Source: Candidatus Uhrbacteria bacterium
GTDB lineage: Bacteria; Patescibacteriota; Patescibacteriia; UBA9934; GWF2-40-263
Direction of reading: 5' to 3'
NCBI GenBank assembly: GCA_043805995.1
Contig: JAZDHJ010000059.1
Span: forward strand, 71 to 64,070
DNA: 64,000 nt
Below the pieces are notes generated by a model, which had not been told where the DNA came from, ran no database searches, and saw nothing but the letters and a program-made list of their open reading frames with translations. Below are positions 36,974 through 45,828 of this stretch, one piece after another (position 1 is the first letter of the stretch; each line of letters begins with the position of its first letter). Position numbers and translations under genes: made by a program.

Positions 36974-37327
36974 CTATGAAGACTCTCGCTCTCGTCTCTC
37001 GGCCCCTCGCTCCATTATAAAAGTCCTGAGAGCCACAAGATCCTTCATAGTAAAGGTTTGACCTGACAAAAAAACGATTCCAATGAACACTACCGCTTCC
37101 AACGGCGTTAGAAGGTCAAAGATATGATGCCATGCCTCGTGGATAGAACGAGGCAGCGTAACCAGGTTGTTTCCGTCTCGGCCGCCACGAGCCCAGGGAA
37201 GAATATGATGGATAGAAGGACTGTGCCGTTCTTGTCCATCTTTTCTTATGAGCCGTTTGGCCTTAATGGCTCGCCTTCTGGCTCGCTTCCGCTGTTTTCG
37301 TTCCTTACGAGTTGTAGTTTTCTTCAC
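36974..37327 (-). CDS. HNH endonuclease-like protein with a basic N-terminus
   Basis: SIHHILPWARGG...NLVTL....H.AWH. Confidence 0.75.
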   Translation of the reverse strand: MKKTTTRKERKQRKRARRRAIKAKRLIRKDGQERHSPSIHHILPWARGGRDGNNLVTLPRSIHEAWHHIFDLLTPLEAVVFIGIVFLSGQTFTMKDLVALRTFIMERGAERRERESS

Positions 37328-37383
37328 TCTTTTTCCTTCTAAAGGATCGGGTTAGAAAACGAAACACCTTACGACTTCCCACC

Positions 37384-37419
37384 TCCGACAGTTATTTTTC
37401 TAAAAAAATAACTGTCGGA
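37384..37419. terminator. Long hairpin or terminator
   Basis: TCCGACAGTTATTTTT / AAAAATAACTGTCGGA. Confidence 0.55.
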
Positions 37420-37428
37420 AATGACAAT

Positions 37429-37761
37429 TTATTTTTTTGGTTCAAGTTTCTCTTTTGCAGCTGCAAAAGCACTATAAATTAAAGAAGAGTCTCCGACTTC
37501 AAAAGCTCTTCTAACTGTTTCAATAAGTTCTGGACAAACGACACCAATCGCCTCTATTAAAGACGCTTTATCGCTCCTCGGATAATTTTTTATTAATGCC
37601 TTAACATCGGGTCCGGATTTCCCCATTTCATCGTCTAAGGCTTTATCAAATTCCTGTTCTAATAAAATTAATCTTTCTAAATTATTTTTTCTTTCTACGT
37701 CGAAATCCAAAAAAACTTGTCCTGTTTCGCCATCGGATTCTGAAAAGTTTTTTTGAACCAT
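37429..37761 (-). CDS. Hypothetical protein (110 aa)
   Basis: ATG-started ORF with protein-like composition, followed by a hairpin. Confidence 0.65.
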   Translation of the reverse strand: MVQKNFSESDGETGQVFLDFDVERKNNLERLILLEQEFDKALDDEMGKSGPDVKALIKNYPRSDKASLIEAIGVVCPELIETVRRAFEVGDSSLIYSAFAAAKEKLEPKK

Positions 37762-37914
37762 ATGAAATTAAAATTAAACAAATGGCCGACTATGTCGCTC
37801 ACGAGCGACGGTGAATTTTATGGTCGAAGACCATGAACAGTGAGGGTAAATGAAACTGTGAGCCCCTCGATTGGCCTCGGGACATTCGACTACAGCGGTA
37901 ACAGTACAGCTGTC

Positions 37915-38013
37915 CGCCCTCCGTCGCTCGTGCCGAGCTATGGAGGGCATCCTTCGCAAAAAGCGAGCAAAATGATGGCCCGCCATCCGAAGCTCGCCAC
38001 GAGCGAAGGATGG
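37915..38013. repeat. Family-A-type hairpin pair starting at the tRNA-Val CCA end
   Basis: Minus strand: CCATCC-TTCGCTCGTGGCGAGCTTC-GGATGG, then an inverted CCCTCC..GCTATGGAGGG unit. Confidence 0.8.
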
Positions 38014-38087
38014 TGGACGTTACTGGATTCGAACCAGTGACCTTTGCAATGTGAATGCAACGCTCTAACCAGCTGAGCTAAACGTCC
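38011..38087 (-). tRNA. tRNA-Val(CAC)
   Basis: GGACGTT/AACGTCC acceptor stem, TTGCA-TTCACAT-TGCAA anticodon arm, encoded CCA. Confidence 0.97.
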
Positions 38088-38223
38088 TTTATCGGAATCT
38101 GAATTTCAGAAAACAGATTAACACAGTTTGCCAAAAAAAATCAAGAAAATGGCAAAATTATCCTCTTTACTTTTTCGTTGTTTTGTGATAATTTAAGGAC
38201 ACTCCCCCGTTTAATTAATCCGA

Positions 38224-38691
38224 ATGTTTTCAACTATGGGAAAACAGTTAACCAAACAAGACCTTTTCGAAGTTATCAACAAATCCAACCAAGAATTACA
38301 CGAAGTTATAAATAGTTCCAGCCAAGACATACTCGAAGCTATCAACGACTCATTCTCCGAATTCGAAGGAAAAATTGTCACCAAATTTAATTCAATCGAC
38401 CAAAAATTCAATTCGATCGAGCAGAGATTAAATTCGATCGACCGAAGATTTGATTCAATCGAGCAAAGAATGGCTACCAAAGCTGATTTGGCCGCCATGG
38501 AAACCAGATTGGTCACCAAAAGTTATCTCGACGACAAACTTTCAACTCTTCGTGGCGACCTTTTAGAGGTTATTCAAAAGGAAGACCACAAACTTGGATC
38601 GCTGGTCAACAAACTAGCCAATCATAAAGTCTTACCTGTCAAAGAAGTTCGCGAAATTTTAGCTATGGAACCGTTTGCTAAAACTTTATAA
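38224..38691 (+). CDS. Coiled-coil protein with four heptad (21-nt) tandem repeats
   Basis: KFNSIDQ-KFNSIEQ-RLNSIDR-RFDSIEQ (38383-38466), then MATKADL and LVTKSYLD motifs. Confidence 0.8.
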   Translation: MFSTMGKQLTKQDLFEVINKSNQELHEVINSSSQDILEAINDSFSEFEGKIVTKFNSIDQKFNSIEQRLNSIDRRFDSIEQRMATKADLAAMETRLVTKSYLDDKLSTLRGDLLEVIQKEDHKLGSLVNKLANHKVLPVKEVREILAMEPFAKTL

Positions 38692-38768
38692 TTTTTCAAT
38701 AAAACCGTCATTAATCGACGGTTTTATGTTGCAAAATTTTTCAAAAATTCATTTGAGATCTAAAAGAC

Positions 38769-38800
38769 AAAAACCGACCGGATTTTTTTCGGTCGGTTTT
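38769..38800. terminator. Bidirectional intrinsic terminator
   Basis: AAAAACCGACCGG...CGGTCGGTTTT between convergent genes. Confidence 0.6.
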
Positions 38801-38830
38801 ACTTTTGTAACTGTAAATAAAAAATCTGAC

Positions 38831-39199
38831 TTATTTGATTCCAAAAAACCGGTTTAAAACTTCTGGTGTAGTACCGATGTCTTCGGGGATTAAATTACCT
38901 CTTTCCATAGCTTTAATTAAACACCTCAAATTAATTTCTGGAAAATCGTTTGCTAATATAGCTTTTAGAGCTTTTTTTGCTTCACATTTAGCTGCCTTGT
39001 CTAAAAATATTGCCACTTCCTCTTTGGAACTTCCAATATCTTCGGGACATAAACCGCTTTGTTTTAACGCTTCATTAAAAAGTTCTAAAGACCCTAAACC
39101 CAAAGCCTCATCTTTTCTAAATGCGGATAAATATTCTTCTGCTATCACTTTTAATTTTGGATCCCCTCTTCTTTGTTCAAATGATATTACCCCTGCCAT
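38831..39199 (-). CDS. Hypothetical protein with a duplicated L.PEDIG(S/T) motif
   Basis: GLCPEDIGSSKEE and NLIPEDIGTTPEV. Confidence 0.7.
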   Translation of the reverse strand: MAGVISFEQRRGDPKLKVIAEEYLSAFRKDEALGLGSLELFNEALKQSGLCPEDIGSSKEEVAIFLDKAAKCEAKKALKAILANDFPEINLRCLIKAMERGNLIPEDIGTTPEVLNRFFGIK

Positions 39200-39479
39200 A
39201 ATTTTTTAGTTAATTTTTAAAACTAATTTTAGTTTACCCCCCCCCCGAAGCTTTTTGGCAAACAAACTTATCAACACACTGCCAATCCGATAAAATCCTT
39301 TCGCCACGGCGAGCTTCGGCAAGACGAATTGTTCGCAACGAACTATGGAGGGGCGTGACGGTTCAGATAAACACCGTTGCTTTTCCACTCAAACCTGTTT
39401 AGTTGAATTTTGTTCACTCACTCTCAGTTGCCAAAACTGTTTTTTTTCTTTATAATAAGGCCGTCAAAAGCCATTGGCT

Positions 39480-41027
39480 ATGGAACAGCACAAAATCGAC
39501 TTTTTAAAGGAAAAACACAGCCTTAACGTTGACCGGCGTCGACCTTTTGTTTTTTTTGGCAAAATTTTTGCAGCTGTATTAATTATCACCGCCGGTCTGG
39601 GTGCGGCTTTTTCCTTCAACATAAAAACCAGTGGCGATGTCTCCTTGGCCGACGTGCCACGTTTTTCTTTGTTTGATACTTTACGCAGTCTTCTCTCCCC
39701 AGCCGACGATGCTTTAAAAGGTGCAGAAAATGATCGTATCAATCTTTTGCTCCTCGGTGTTGGTGGTGATGGTCACGACGGCGCGCAACTAACTGACACA
39801 ATTATCTTTACCAGCCTTCGACCGTCAGACAAAGCTGTGGGCATGATGTCAATTCCCCGCGACTTAACAGTTCCGATACCAGACGAAGGCTGGAGAAAAA
39901 TTAATGCCGTGAATGCTTTAGCCGAAGCTAAGGAGGCAGGCAGCGGTTCGGTAGCCACCAGTCAAATTCTTTCTTCCATGCTTGATCAAGAAATAAATTA
40001 TTATGTCAAAGTAGATTTTGATGGCTTTGCCGAACTCATAGACGAACTGGACGGTTTGAATATTTACGTGGAAAAAACTTTTTCTGATTATGAGTATCCA
40101 GTTCACGGCATGGAGGATGCCAATTGCGGCAGCACGACTCAAATTAATGAAGTTGGTGAAACTGTCGAGGTGCCTTTTTACAGTTGTCGTTACGAAACAC
40201 TTTCCTTTCAAGAAGGCTGGACACAAATGGACGGCGAAACAGCTCTCAAATATGTCCGTTCACGCCACGGCAATAATGGCGAGGCTTCTGATTTTGCCCG
40301 CAGTCGTCGACAACAAAATCTGCTCATGGCCCTTAAAGAAAAAATTCTTGATTTAAACACTCTAAGTCATCCTTCAAGAATCACGGCCATCCTCAAGGCG
40401 CTCGAAGAACATATTCAAACCAATTTAACTATCGGTGAACTTTTAATTCTCGGTCGTGAATATGGAAACATTGATCGCGGGCAAATTGCCAACCAGGTTC
40501 TCGACACCGCAGAAGACGGTCCACTCTATGCCACCTCAATGAACGGTGCTTATGTCATTCTGCCAAAAAACGATGACTGGACACCGATTCAAAATTTGGC
40601 AGCTAATATTTTTTCTCAAACCGCCTCGACCGATTCTGTAGCCATAAATTCTCAAACTGTTCCACAGTTTATCAAAATAGAAATTCAAAACGGTACGACA
40701 ATTTCTGGACTAGCGTTTCAAGCTTCGCAACTGCTCTCGGCTCAAGGTTTTGAAATAGTAAAAATTGGCAATGCCGAAGATCGCAATTTTGAACACACGA
40801 TTATTTATGATTTAACCAATGGTGAAAAAGCTGATGAATTAAAAGATTTACAAAAAACTTTGGCCGCCGAAGTTGCCATGTCAACCACCGGCTGGATTTT
40901 TTCCGGCGAAATCGTCCCAAAGGAAATCACGGTTACTGATGAAAATTATTCCTCAAAAACCACCACTGAAAATCTAGATTTTCTAATCATTCTAGGTGAA
41001 AACAGCGCTAATTTAGTCCGAAGATAA
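39480..41027 (+). CDS. LCP (LytR-CpsA-Psr) family protein with LytR C-terminal domain
   Basis: INLLLLG, TDTI, SIPRDL, KINA, ALKYVRSRH, DFARSRRQQ, IQNGT...GLA. Confidence 0.93.
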   Translation: MEQHKIDFLKEKHSLNVDRRRPFVFFGKIFAAVLIITAGLGAAFSFNIKTSGDVSLADVPRFSLFDTLRSLLSPADDALKGAENDRINLLLLGVGGDGHDGAQLTDTIIFTSLRPSDKAVGMMSIPRDLTVPIPDEGWRKINAVNALAEAKEAGSGSVATSQILSSMLDQEINYYVKVDFDGFAELIDELDGLNIYVEKTFSDYEYPVHGMEDANCGSTTQINEVGETVEVPFYSCRYETLSFQEGWTQMDGETALKYVRSRHGNNGEASDFARSRRQQNLLMALKEKILDLNTLSHPSRITAILKALEEHIQTNLTIGELLILGREYGNIDRGQIANQVLDTAEDGPLYATSMNGAYVILPKNDDWTPIQNLAANIFSQTASTDSVAINSQTVPQFIKIEIQNGTTISGLAFQASQLLSAQGFEIVKIGNAEDRNFEHTIIYDLTNGEKADELKDLQKTLAAEVAMSTTGWIFSGEIVPKEITVTDENYSSKTTTENLDFLIILGENSANLVRR

Positions 41028-41041
41028 TACCAAAATTTTTT

Positions 41042-42403
41042 ATGTCAAAAATACCTACTGTCGCCATTATCGGCCGAACCAACGTTGGCAAATCAACTTT
41101 GTTCAACCGCATGATCGAACAACCAAAAGCTTTAATTTCCAGCGTGCCTGGCACAACTCGCGATCGCAACGAAGCCGAGGTTCTTTGGCGAGCCAAAATC
41201 TTTCGCGTGGTCGACACTGGCGGCACTGACAGCAAATTTGGTAAGGAAATCGAAAAGGCAACCGTTGACCAGGTTTGGCGAGCAGCGAATGAAGCCGACA
41301 TAATTCTTTTTGTTGTTGATTTAAAAACCGGTCCTATGCCTCAGGAACGAGCTTTGGCCAAAAAACTCAAAACCATAAACAAGCCAGTTATTGTCGTCGG
41401 CAACAAAGCCGAAACACCAAACCTAGTCGCTTCGGTTCACAATCCGGAATGGCGTTTAGCCGGTCTGCGTTCACCAATGGCGGTTTCGGCCTTACGCGGC
41501 ACTGGTGTCGGAGATTTACTTGATTTGATTCACAAGGAACTTAGAAAAATAAAACGTCCATCAACCGAAAGAAACGAAGATCAAATAGTTCGTGTCGCCA
41601 TTATTGGCAAACCTAATGTTGGCAAATCTTCCATTGTCAACGCCATTCTTGGTGAGGAAAGAGTTATTACCAGTCCAATGACTCATACCACCCGCGAACC
41701 AATTGATACTAAAATTGAATTGAATGGTAAAAAATATCTTTTCATCGACACGGCCGGCATGAGAAAAAGCGGTAAAGTTAAACGAGCGGGCGGACTCGAA
41801 GCAGCTGGCGTGGCGCGTTCCAAAAAAGCCGCTGAAACAGCCGACGTGGTTCTTATGGTTATGGAAGCCAACGAACAAATCGGTACTCAAGATAAAGCTA
41901 TTGCTGGAATTTTAGATTCTTCAAACGCCGGCGTTATTATTGTCGCCAACAAATGGGATTTGGTGGCGGGCAAAACCCCGACCACCATTAATGATTACGA
42001 AAAATACGTGGCTGGCATGATGCCCTTCATTTCTTACGCGCCAATCGTTTTCACTTCAGCCAAAACCGGCCAGCGTATCGAAAACATTTTCACCTTAATC
42101 GACCAAGTCCAAGCCGCCAGAACCCGAGAATTAACCGAAGAAGAATTAGAAAAATTCTTGCGCCAAGCTGTCTCCCACCGCGCCCCAATCAGAGGCAAAG
42201 TGGTTAAACCACCAAAAGCTCTCGGTTTACGTCAAACCGGCACCTGCCCGCCGTCTTTCGCGGTCACCATCAAAGCCAAACGCGAGGACGCCATCAGCCA
42301 AAGTTATTTGCGCTATATTGAAAATCGCCTACACGAAGAATTCGATTTCACTGGTACACCGGTTGTGGTTAAGGCGAGGCTGCCGAGAATTACGGCCGTT
42401 TAG
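41042..42403 (+). CDS. der: Ribosome biogenesis GTPase Der (EngA)
   Basis: Two G domains (GRTNVGKS and GKPNVGKS; DTGG and DTAG; NKAE and NKWD), C-terminal SYLRYIEN...F.GTP. Confidence 0.96.
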   Translation: MSKIPTVAIIGRTNVGKSTLFNRMIEQPKALISSVPGTTRDRNEAEVLWRAKIFRVVDTGGTDSKFGKEIEKATVDQVWRAANEADIILFVVDLKTGPMPQERALAKKLKTINKPVIVVGNKAETPNLVASVHNPEWRLAGLRSPMAVSALRGTGVGDLLDLIHKELRKIKRPSTERNEDQIVRVAIIGKPNVGKSSIVNAILGEERVITSPMTHTTREPIDTKIELNGKKYLFIDTAGMRKSGKVKRAGGLEAAGVARSKKAAETADVVLMVMEANEQIGTQDKAIAGILDSSNAGVIIVANKWDLVAGKTPTTINDYEKYVAGMMPFISYAPIVFTSAKTGQRIENIFTLIDQVQAARTRELTEEELEKFLRQAVSHRAPIRGKVVKPPKALGLRQTGTCPPSFAVTIKAKREDAISQSYLRYIENRLHEEFDFTGTPVVVKARLPRITAV

Positions 42404-42404
42404 A

Positions 42405-42740
42405 TTGGAGGGGTTAAAGGGGGCGAAGGCCTCGCCCATGGCCAGGCTATGGCCGAGGGGGTTGCAAGGGATTTTTAGTTGGGATTGGATAAGGGTGATT
42501 ATCGGAAGTTGGGGTGATTGTTTAGGTAATTAGTTGGTAGTTGTTATTTTTGAACTCTGATTCCTTATAATCTGTAAGGGAATAATTATTCCGATCAAAA
42601 AACAATCACCTAAAAAATCACCCCCGATAATCACCAAACCCCACCCCTAACCAACTTAAAACCTCCCTCCAACACCCGCCACGTCCTTCCGAAGCCCAGC
42701 GAAGGAGGATTAAACCCCTTCCATCCCCTAACCCCACCCA
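42405..42740. repeat. Periodic G-rich/C-rich inverted repeat carrying family-C (~42430-42459) and family-A (42679-42709) insertions
   Basis: Same arm sequences as 10168-10385, interrupted by the hairpin units. Confidence 0.75.
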
Positions 42741-42742
42741 AT

Positions 42743-43282
42743 ATGTGCCTAATCGTCGGTCTCGGTAATCCGGGAAAAAAATATGAACGGACTCGTCATA
42801 ATGTCGGATTTTTAGTGCTCGACGAATTAGCTAATTTAACTGAGGGAAAATTTAAAACCAAAAAAGATCTGGCTTGTTCGGCGGCCGAAGTCAAAATCAC
42901 CAATCGCGAAGTCAAACTAATTAAACCGTCGACCTTCATGAATCTTTCAGGTGAAGCAGTAATTCAAACCGCCAATTTCTGGCACATTACCAAAAATAAA
43001 ATCACCATTATCGTCGACGACGTTAATTTACCGCTCGGACAAATTCGCGTGCGCGAAAGCGGTTCAGCCGGTGGTCACAATGGCTTAAAATCAATTATTG
43101 AAAGATTGGGTACAGAAAATATTCGTCGTGTTCGCATTGGTGTCGGCCGAGCCGAAAATCCGGAAATTCCTTTAGACAAATGGGTGCTTGGCGAATGGAA
43201 TAAAACGGAATGGAAAACGATCGTCGAAGCCACCCGCGAAGTGGCAAAAAAGATTTTTAATGGCGAGATCAAAATTGGTTAA
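42743..43282 (+). CDS. pth: Peptidyl-tRNA hydrolase
   Basis: LIVGLGNPG..Y..TRHNVGF, KP.TFMN.SG, GSAGGHNG. Confidence 0.97.
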   Translation: MCLIVGLGNPGKKYERTRHNVGFLVLDELANLTEGKFKTKKDLACSAAEVKITNREVKLIKPSTFMNLSGEAVIQTANFWHITKNKITIIVDDVNLPLGQIRVRESGSAGGHNGLKSIIERLGTENIRRVRIGVGRAENPEIPLDKWVLGEWNKTEWKTIVEATREVAKKIFNGEIKIG

Positions 43283-43294
43283 TTATTTATCCTT

Positions 43295-43373
43295 CGTCAT
43301 TGCGAGAAGCGAAGCCGCTGAGTGACGAAGCAATCCAATAATTAGATTGCTTCGCGTGGCGCTCGCAATGACG
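43295..43373. repeat. GTCATTGCGAG...CTCGCAATGAC palindromic element
   Basis: Outer stem CGTCATTGCGAG/CTCGCAATGACG, inner stem CGAAGCAATC/GATTGCTTCG. Confidence 0.8.
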
Positions 43374-43384
43374 GGTATAAAACT

Positions 43385-44524
43385 ATGACTCAAAAGGACC
43401 TCGGCTTCCTTCTTGCCCTCATCCGGTTCCCTAAATTCGGTCCCATCCGCCTCGCCAAAATGCGAGGATTTTTTGACTCAATGGAAATGGCTTTTTTGGC
43501 TGGACGCAATGAATTATTGGCGGCCGAATTGGAACCAAAAGTTGTTGAAGAATTTTTATCGATTCGAGCTAAACTTTCACCGGAAGAAGAATTAGAAAAA
43601 TTGAGACAAAGTGGAGCTACAGCTATTCCCTTCACCGAGCCTGAATATCCACCGCTCCTGAAAAAAATTTACGATCCGCCAGCTGTCCTTTTTGTTCGTG
43701 GACAACTCCCAAGTCCTGAACTTCTATCTCTGGCCGTCGTCGGCAGTCGCAAAATCACTGATTACGGAACGCGAATAATTGAAGCGATTGTTGAACCCGT
43801 CGCCGCTTCGAATGTCGTAATCGTTTCTGGTCTGGCTTATGGCGTCGACAAACTGGCCCACGAAGCCGCCCTCAAAGTCGGTGGTAAAACGATGGCCGTG
43901 CTTGGTTCCGGCGTCGACAATAATAATATTTTTCCCACCGACAACCGCGAACTGGCGCACCGAATTATCGAATCTGGTAATGCTGTCGTTTCCGAGTTCC
44001 CGATCGGTTCATCACCACTCAAACAAAATTTTCCCATTCGCAATCGCGTCATCGCTGGACTGGCTCATGGAACACTTATTGTCGAAGCCGCCAAAACTTC
44101 CGGTTCGCTTATTACCGCCCGCGCCGCTCTTGAAGCCGGTCGTGAAGTTTTTGCCGTGCCCGGACAAATAAATTCTGAAAGCTCGGAAGGTACAAATCAA
44201 CTTTTAAAATCCGGCGCTCATGTCGTCACCGAAGCCAACGATATTTTATCAGTCCTCGGCCTCACCGCTCGAGCCGATGTTGATTTGAATACAAAAACCC
44301 CGCGAGTAGCTCCGTCGATAATCAAAACCATAAAAACCCGACCAATCCCTGGCAGTCCCGAAGAAGCCGAAATTCTCAAACTCCTCAGTTCTGAACCAAT
44401 CCACGCCGATGATCTGGCTCGCACCACCGGCAAAAAAATCTCAGAAATTTCACACCTCCTGACCCTAATGGAAATGAAAGGTTCGGCAAGACATGTGGGT
44501 GGGTTGTATTATACGATTGGGTAA
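43385..44524 (+). CDS. dprA: DNA-processing protein DprA
   Basis: AVVGSR, VSGLAYGVD, FPIRNRVIAGL, GSLITA, GREVFAVPG, C-terminal winged helix. Confidence 0.96.
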   Translation: MTQKDLGFLLALIRFPKFGPIRLAKMRGFFDSMEMAFLAGRNELLAAELEPKVVEEFLSIRAKLSPEEELEKLRQSGATAIPFTEPEYPPLLKKIYDPPAVLFVRGQLPSPELLSLAVVGSRKITDYGTRIIEAIVEPVAASNVVIVSGLAYGVDKLAHEAALKVGGKTMAVLGSGVDNNNIFPTDNRELAHRIIESGNAVVSEFPIGSSPLKQNFPIRNRVIAGLAHGTLIVEAAKTSGSLITARAALEAGREVFAVPGQINSESSEGTNQLLKSGAHVVTEANDILSVLGLTARADVDLNTKTPRVAPSIIKTIKTRPIPGSPEEAEILKLLSSEPIHADDLARTTGKKISEISHLLTLMEMKGSARHVGGLYYTIG

Positions 44525-44601
44525 ACTTCTTTTATATTGTCATTCTGAACCCTTGTGAAGAATCTCGCCGCGTAATCCAAACGAACTTTAAAACCAAAAT
44601 T

Positions 44602-45624
44602 ATGCCCTTAAATTTAAAAGAAGAAAAAATTTTAAATTCAATTATCGTTGCCTCGGAAAACGATCCTAATAAACCAGAATTTCCACCTGACGATCCGCGC
44701 TTCCCGGCCACTCCCACCTATCAAATTAAGGTGCCTGGTTTTAGTAATGTCTGGTTAAAAGATGAGAGCATCAACCCAACCGGCACACACAAAGATAGAA
44801 TGGCTTGGGAAATGGTGGTTACTTATAAACAACTATTAAAAGCCAAAGCCAACGGTTCCATCAAAAAACTTCCTCAATTCTCCATTATCAGTTCCGGCTC
44901 GGCGGCCAATGCCATACAACAAATGTTAAAAAAATATAACTTACCAAACATCAAAGCCCTCCTGGATTTTAGAGTTGATAAAAGAATTAAAAACTCTTTA
45001 GAAAAAATCGGCTGTGAAATTTTTGAAACCGATTTGTCCAAACAAATGTTGTCTGCCGAAGATATTCTAAAACTAACCAACAACTCTGACGGTATCGATA
45101 TCACTTCCGACGACTCTCTTGGTCCTTGCAGTATTTTTTACGATTGGATGAGCTATGAAATTTTAAATCAAAACGCTGATTATATTTTTGTGCCTTATGG
45201 CACAGGCAATCTTTACGAAAACATCGTTAACATTGCGGTCAAAGAAAGCAAAAATTTATTATTTCACGATAAACGTCTAAAAGTTCCGGCTTCCAGCCTA
45301 AAAAAATCTCATTTCTTGGGAGCAACCACAAATAATCCCTTAACCGAAGCCGATAAACTTTATTCATCGCATTTACCTTTTGTTCATTTTGACACTCACT
45401 GGATAAAATTGGCCATCAAAAATGGTTACATCGGAAACGAATCTAATGTTTATAATACCCAGGAAAAATTCTTTGAAAAAGCGATGACTGTGGCTAAAGA
45501 AAACAACATAACCTGCGAACCATCCGGTATTGCCGGCTTGGCTCTTATGCTCCAAATGAACGATCGTTTGCCTAAAAATAAAAAGATACTGGTTGTAAAT
45601 ACCGGCCAAACAAAATTATCTTAA
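44602..45624 (+). CDS. Fold-type II PLP-dependent enzyme (threonine synthase/dehydratase-like)
   Basis: KDES.NPTGTHKDR, SSG, VPYGTGNL, CEPSG.AGLA, VVNTG. Confidence 0.85.
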   Translation: MPLNLKEEKILNSIIVASENDPNKPEFPPDDPRFPATPTYQIKVPGFSNVWLKDESINPTGTHKDRMAWEMVVTYKQLLKAKANGSIKKLPQFSIISSGSAANAIQQMLKKYNLPNIKALLDFRVDKRIKNSLEKIGCEIFETDLSKQMLSAEDILKLTNNSDGIDITSDDSLGPCSIFYDWMSYEILNQNADYIFVPYGTGNLYENIVNIAVKESKNLLFHDKRLKVPASSLKKSHFLGATTNNPLTEADKLYSSHLPFVHFDTHWIKLAIKNGYIGNESNVYNTQEKFFEKAMTVAKENNITCEPSGIAGLALMLQMNDRLPKNKKILVVNTGQTKLS

Positions 45625-45828
45625 CACCACTCCAACTTGACGAAAACCCAAAAATCCACCATTATCTAAACCACAATCGTAATTCACAAATTTCCAAATT
45701 TTCCAATTTCTAAATTATTGAACTAAACTCCTCCCATAATTCCATAATTATCCCGCCGTCATAGGATTTTGGCGGGACCCCGCCAAAGGCCTCCGTCGGC
45801 GGGGAATAATTAAATAATTTCTTTCCCC

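Noticed and set aside
37774-38040. Possible ncRNA or small ORFs downstream of tRNA-Val
   Set aside because: Largely explained by stacked hairpin repeats; no tmRNA, RNase P, SRP or riboswitch signature recognised.
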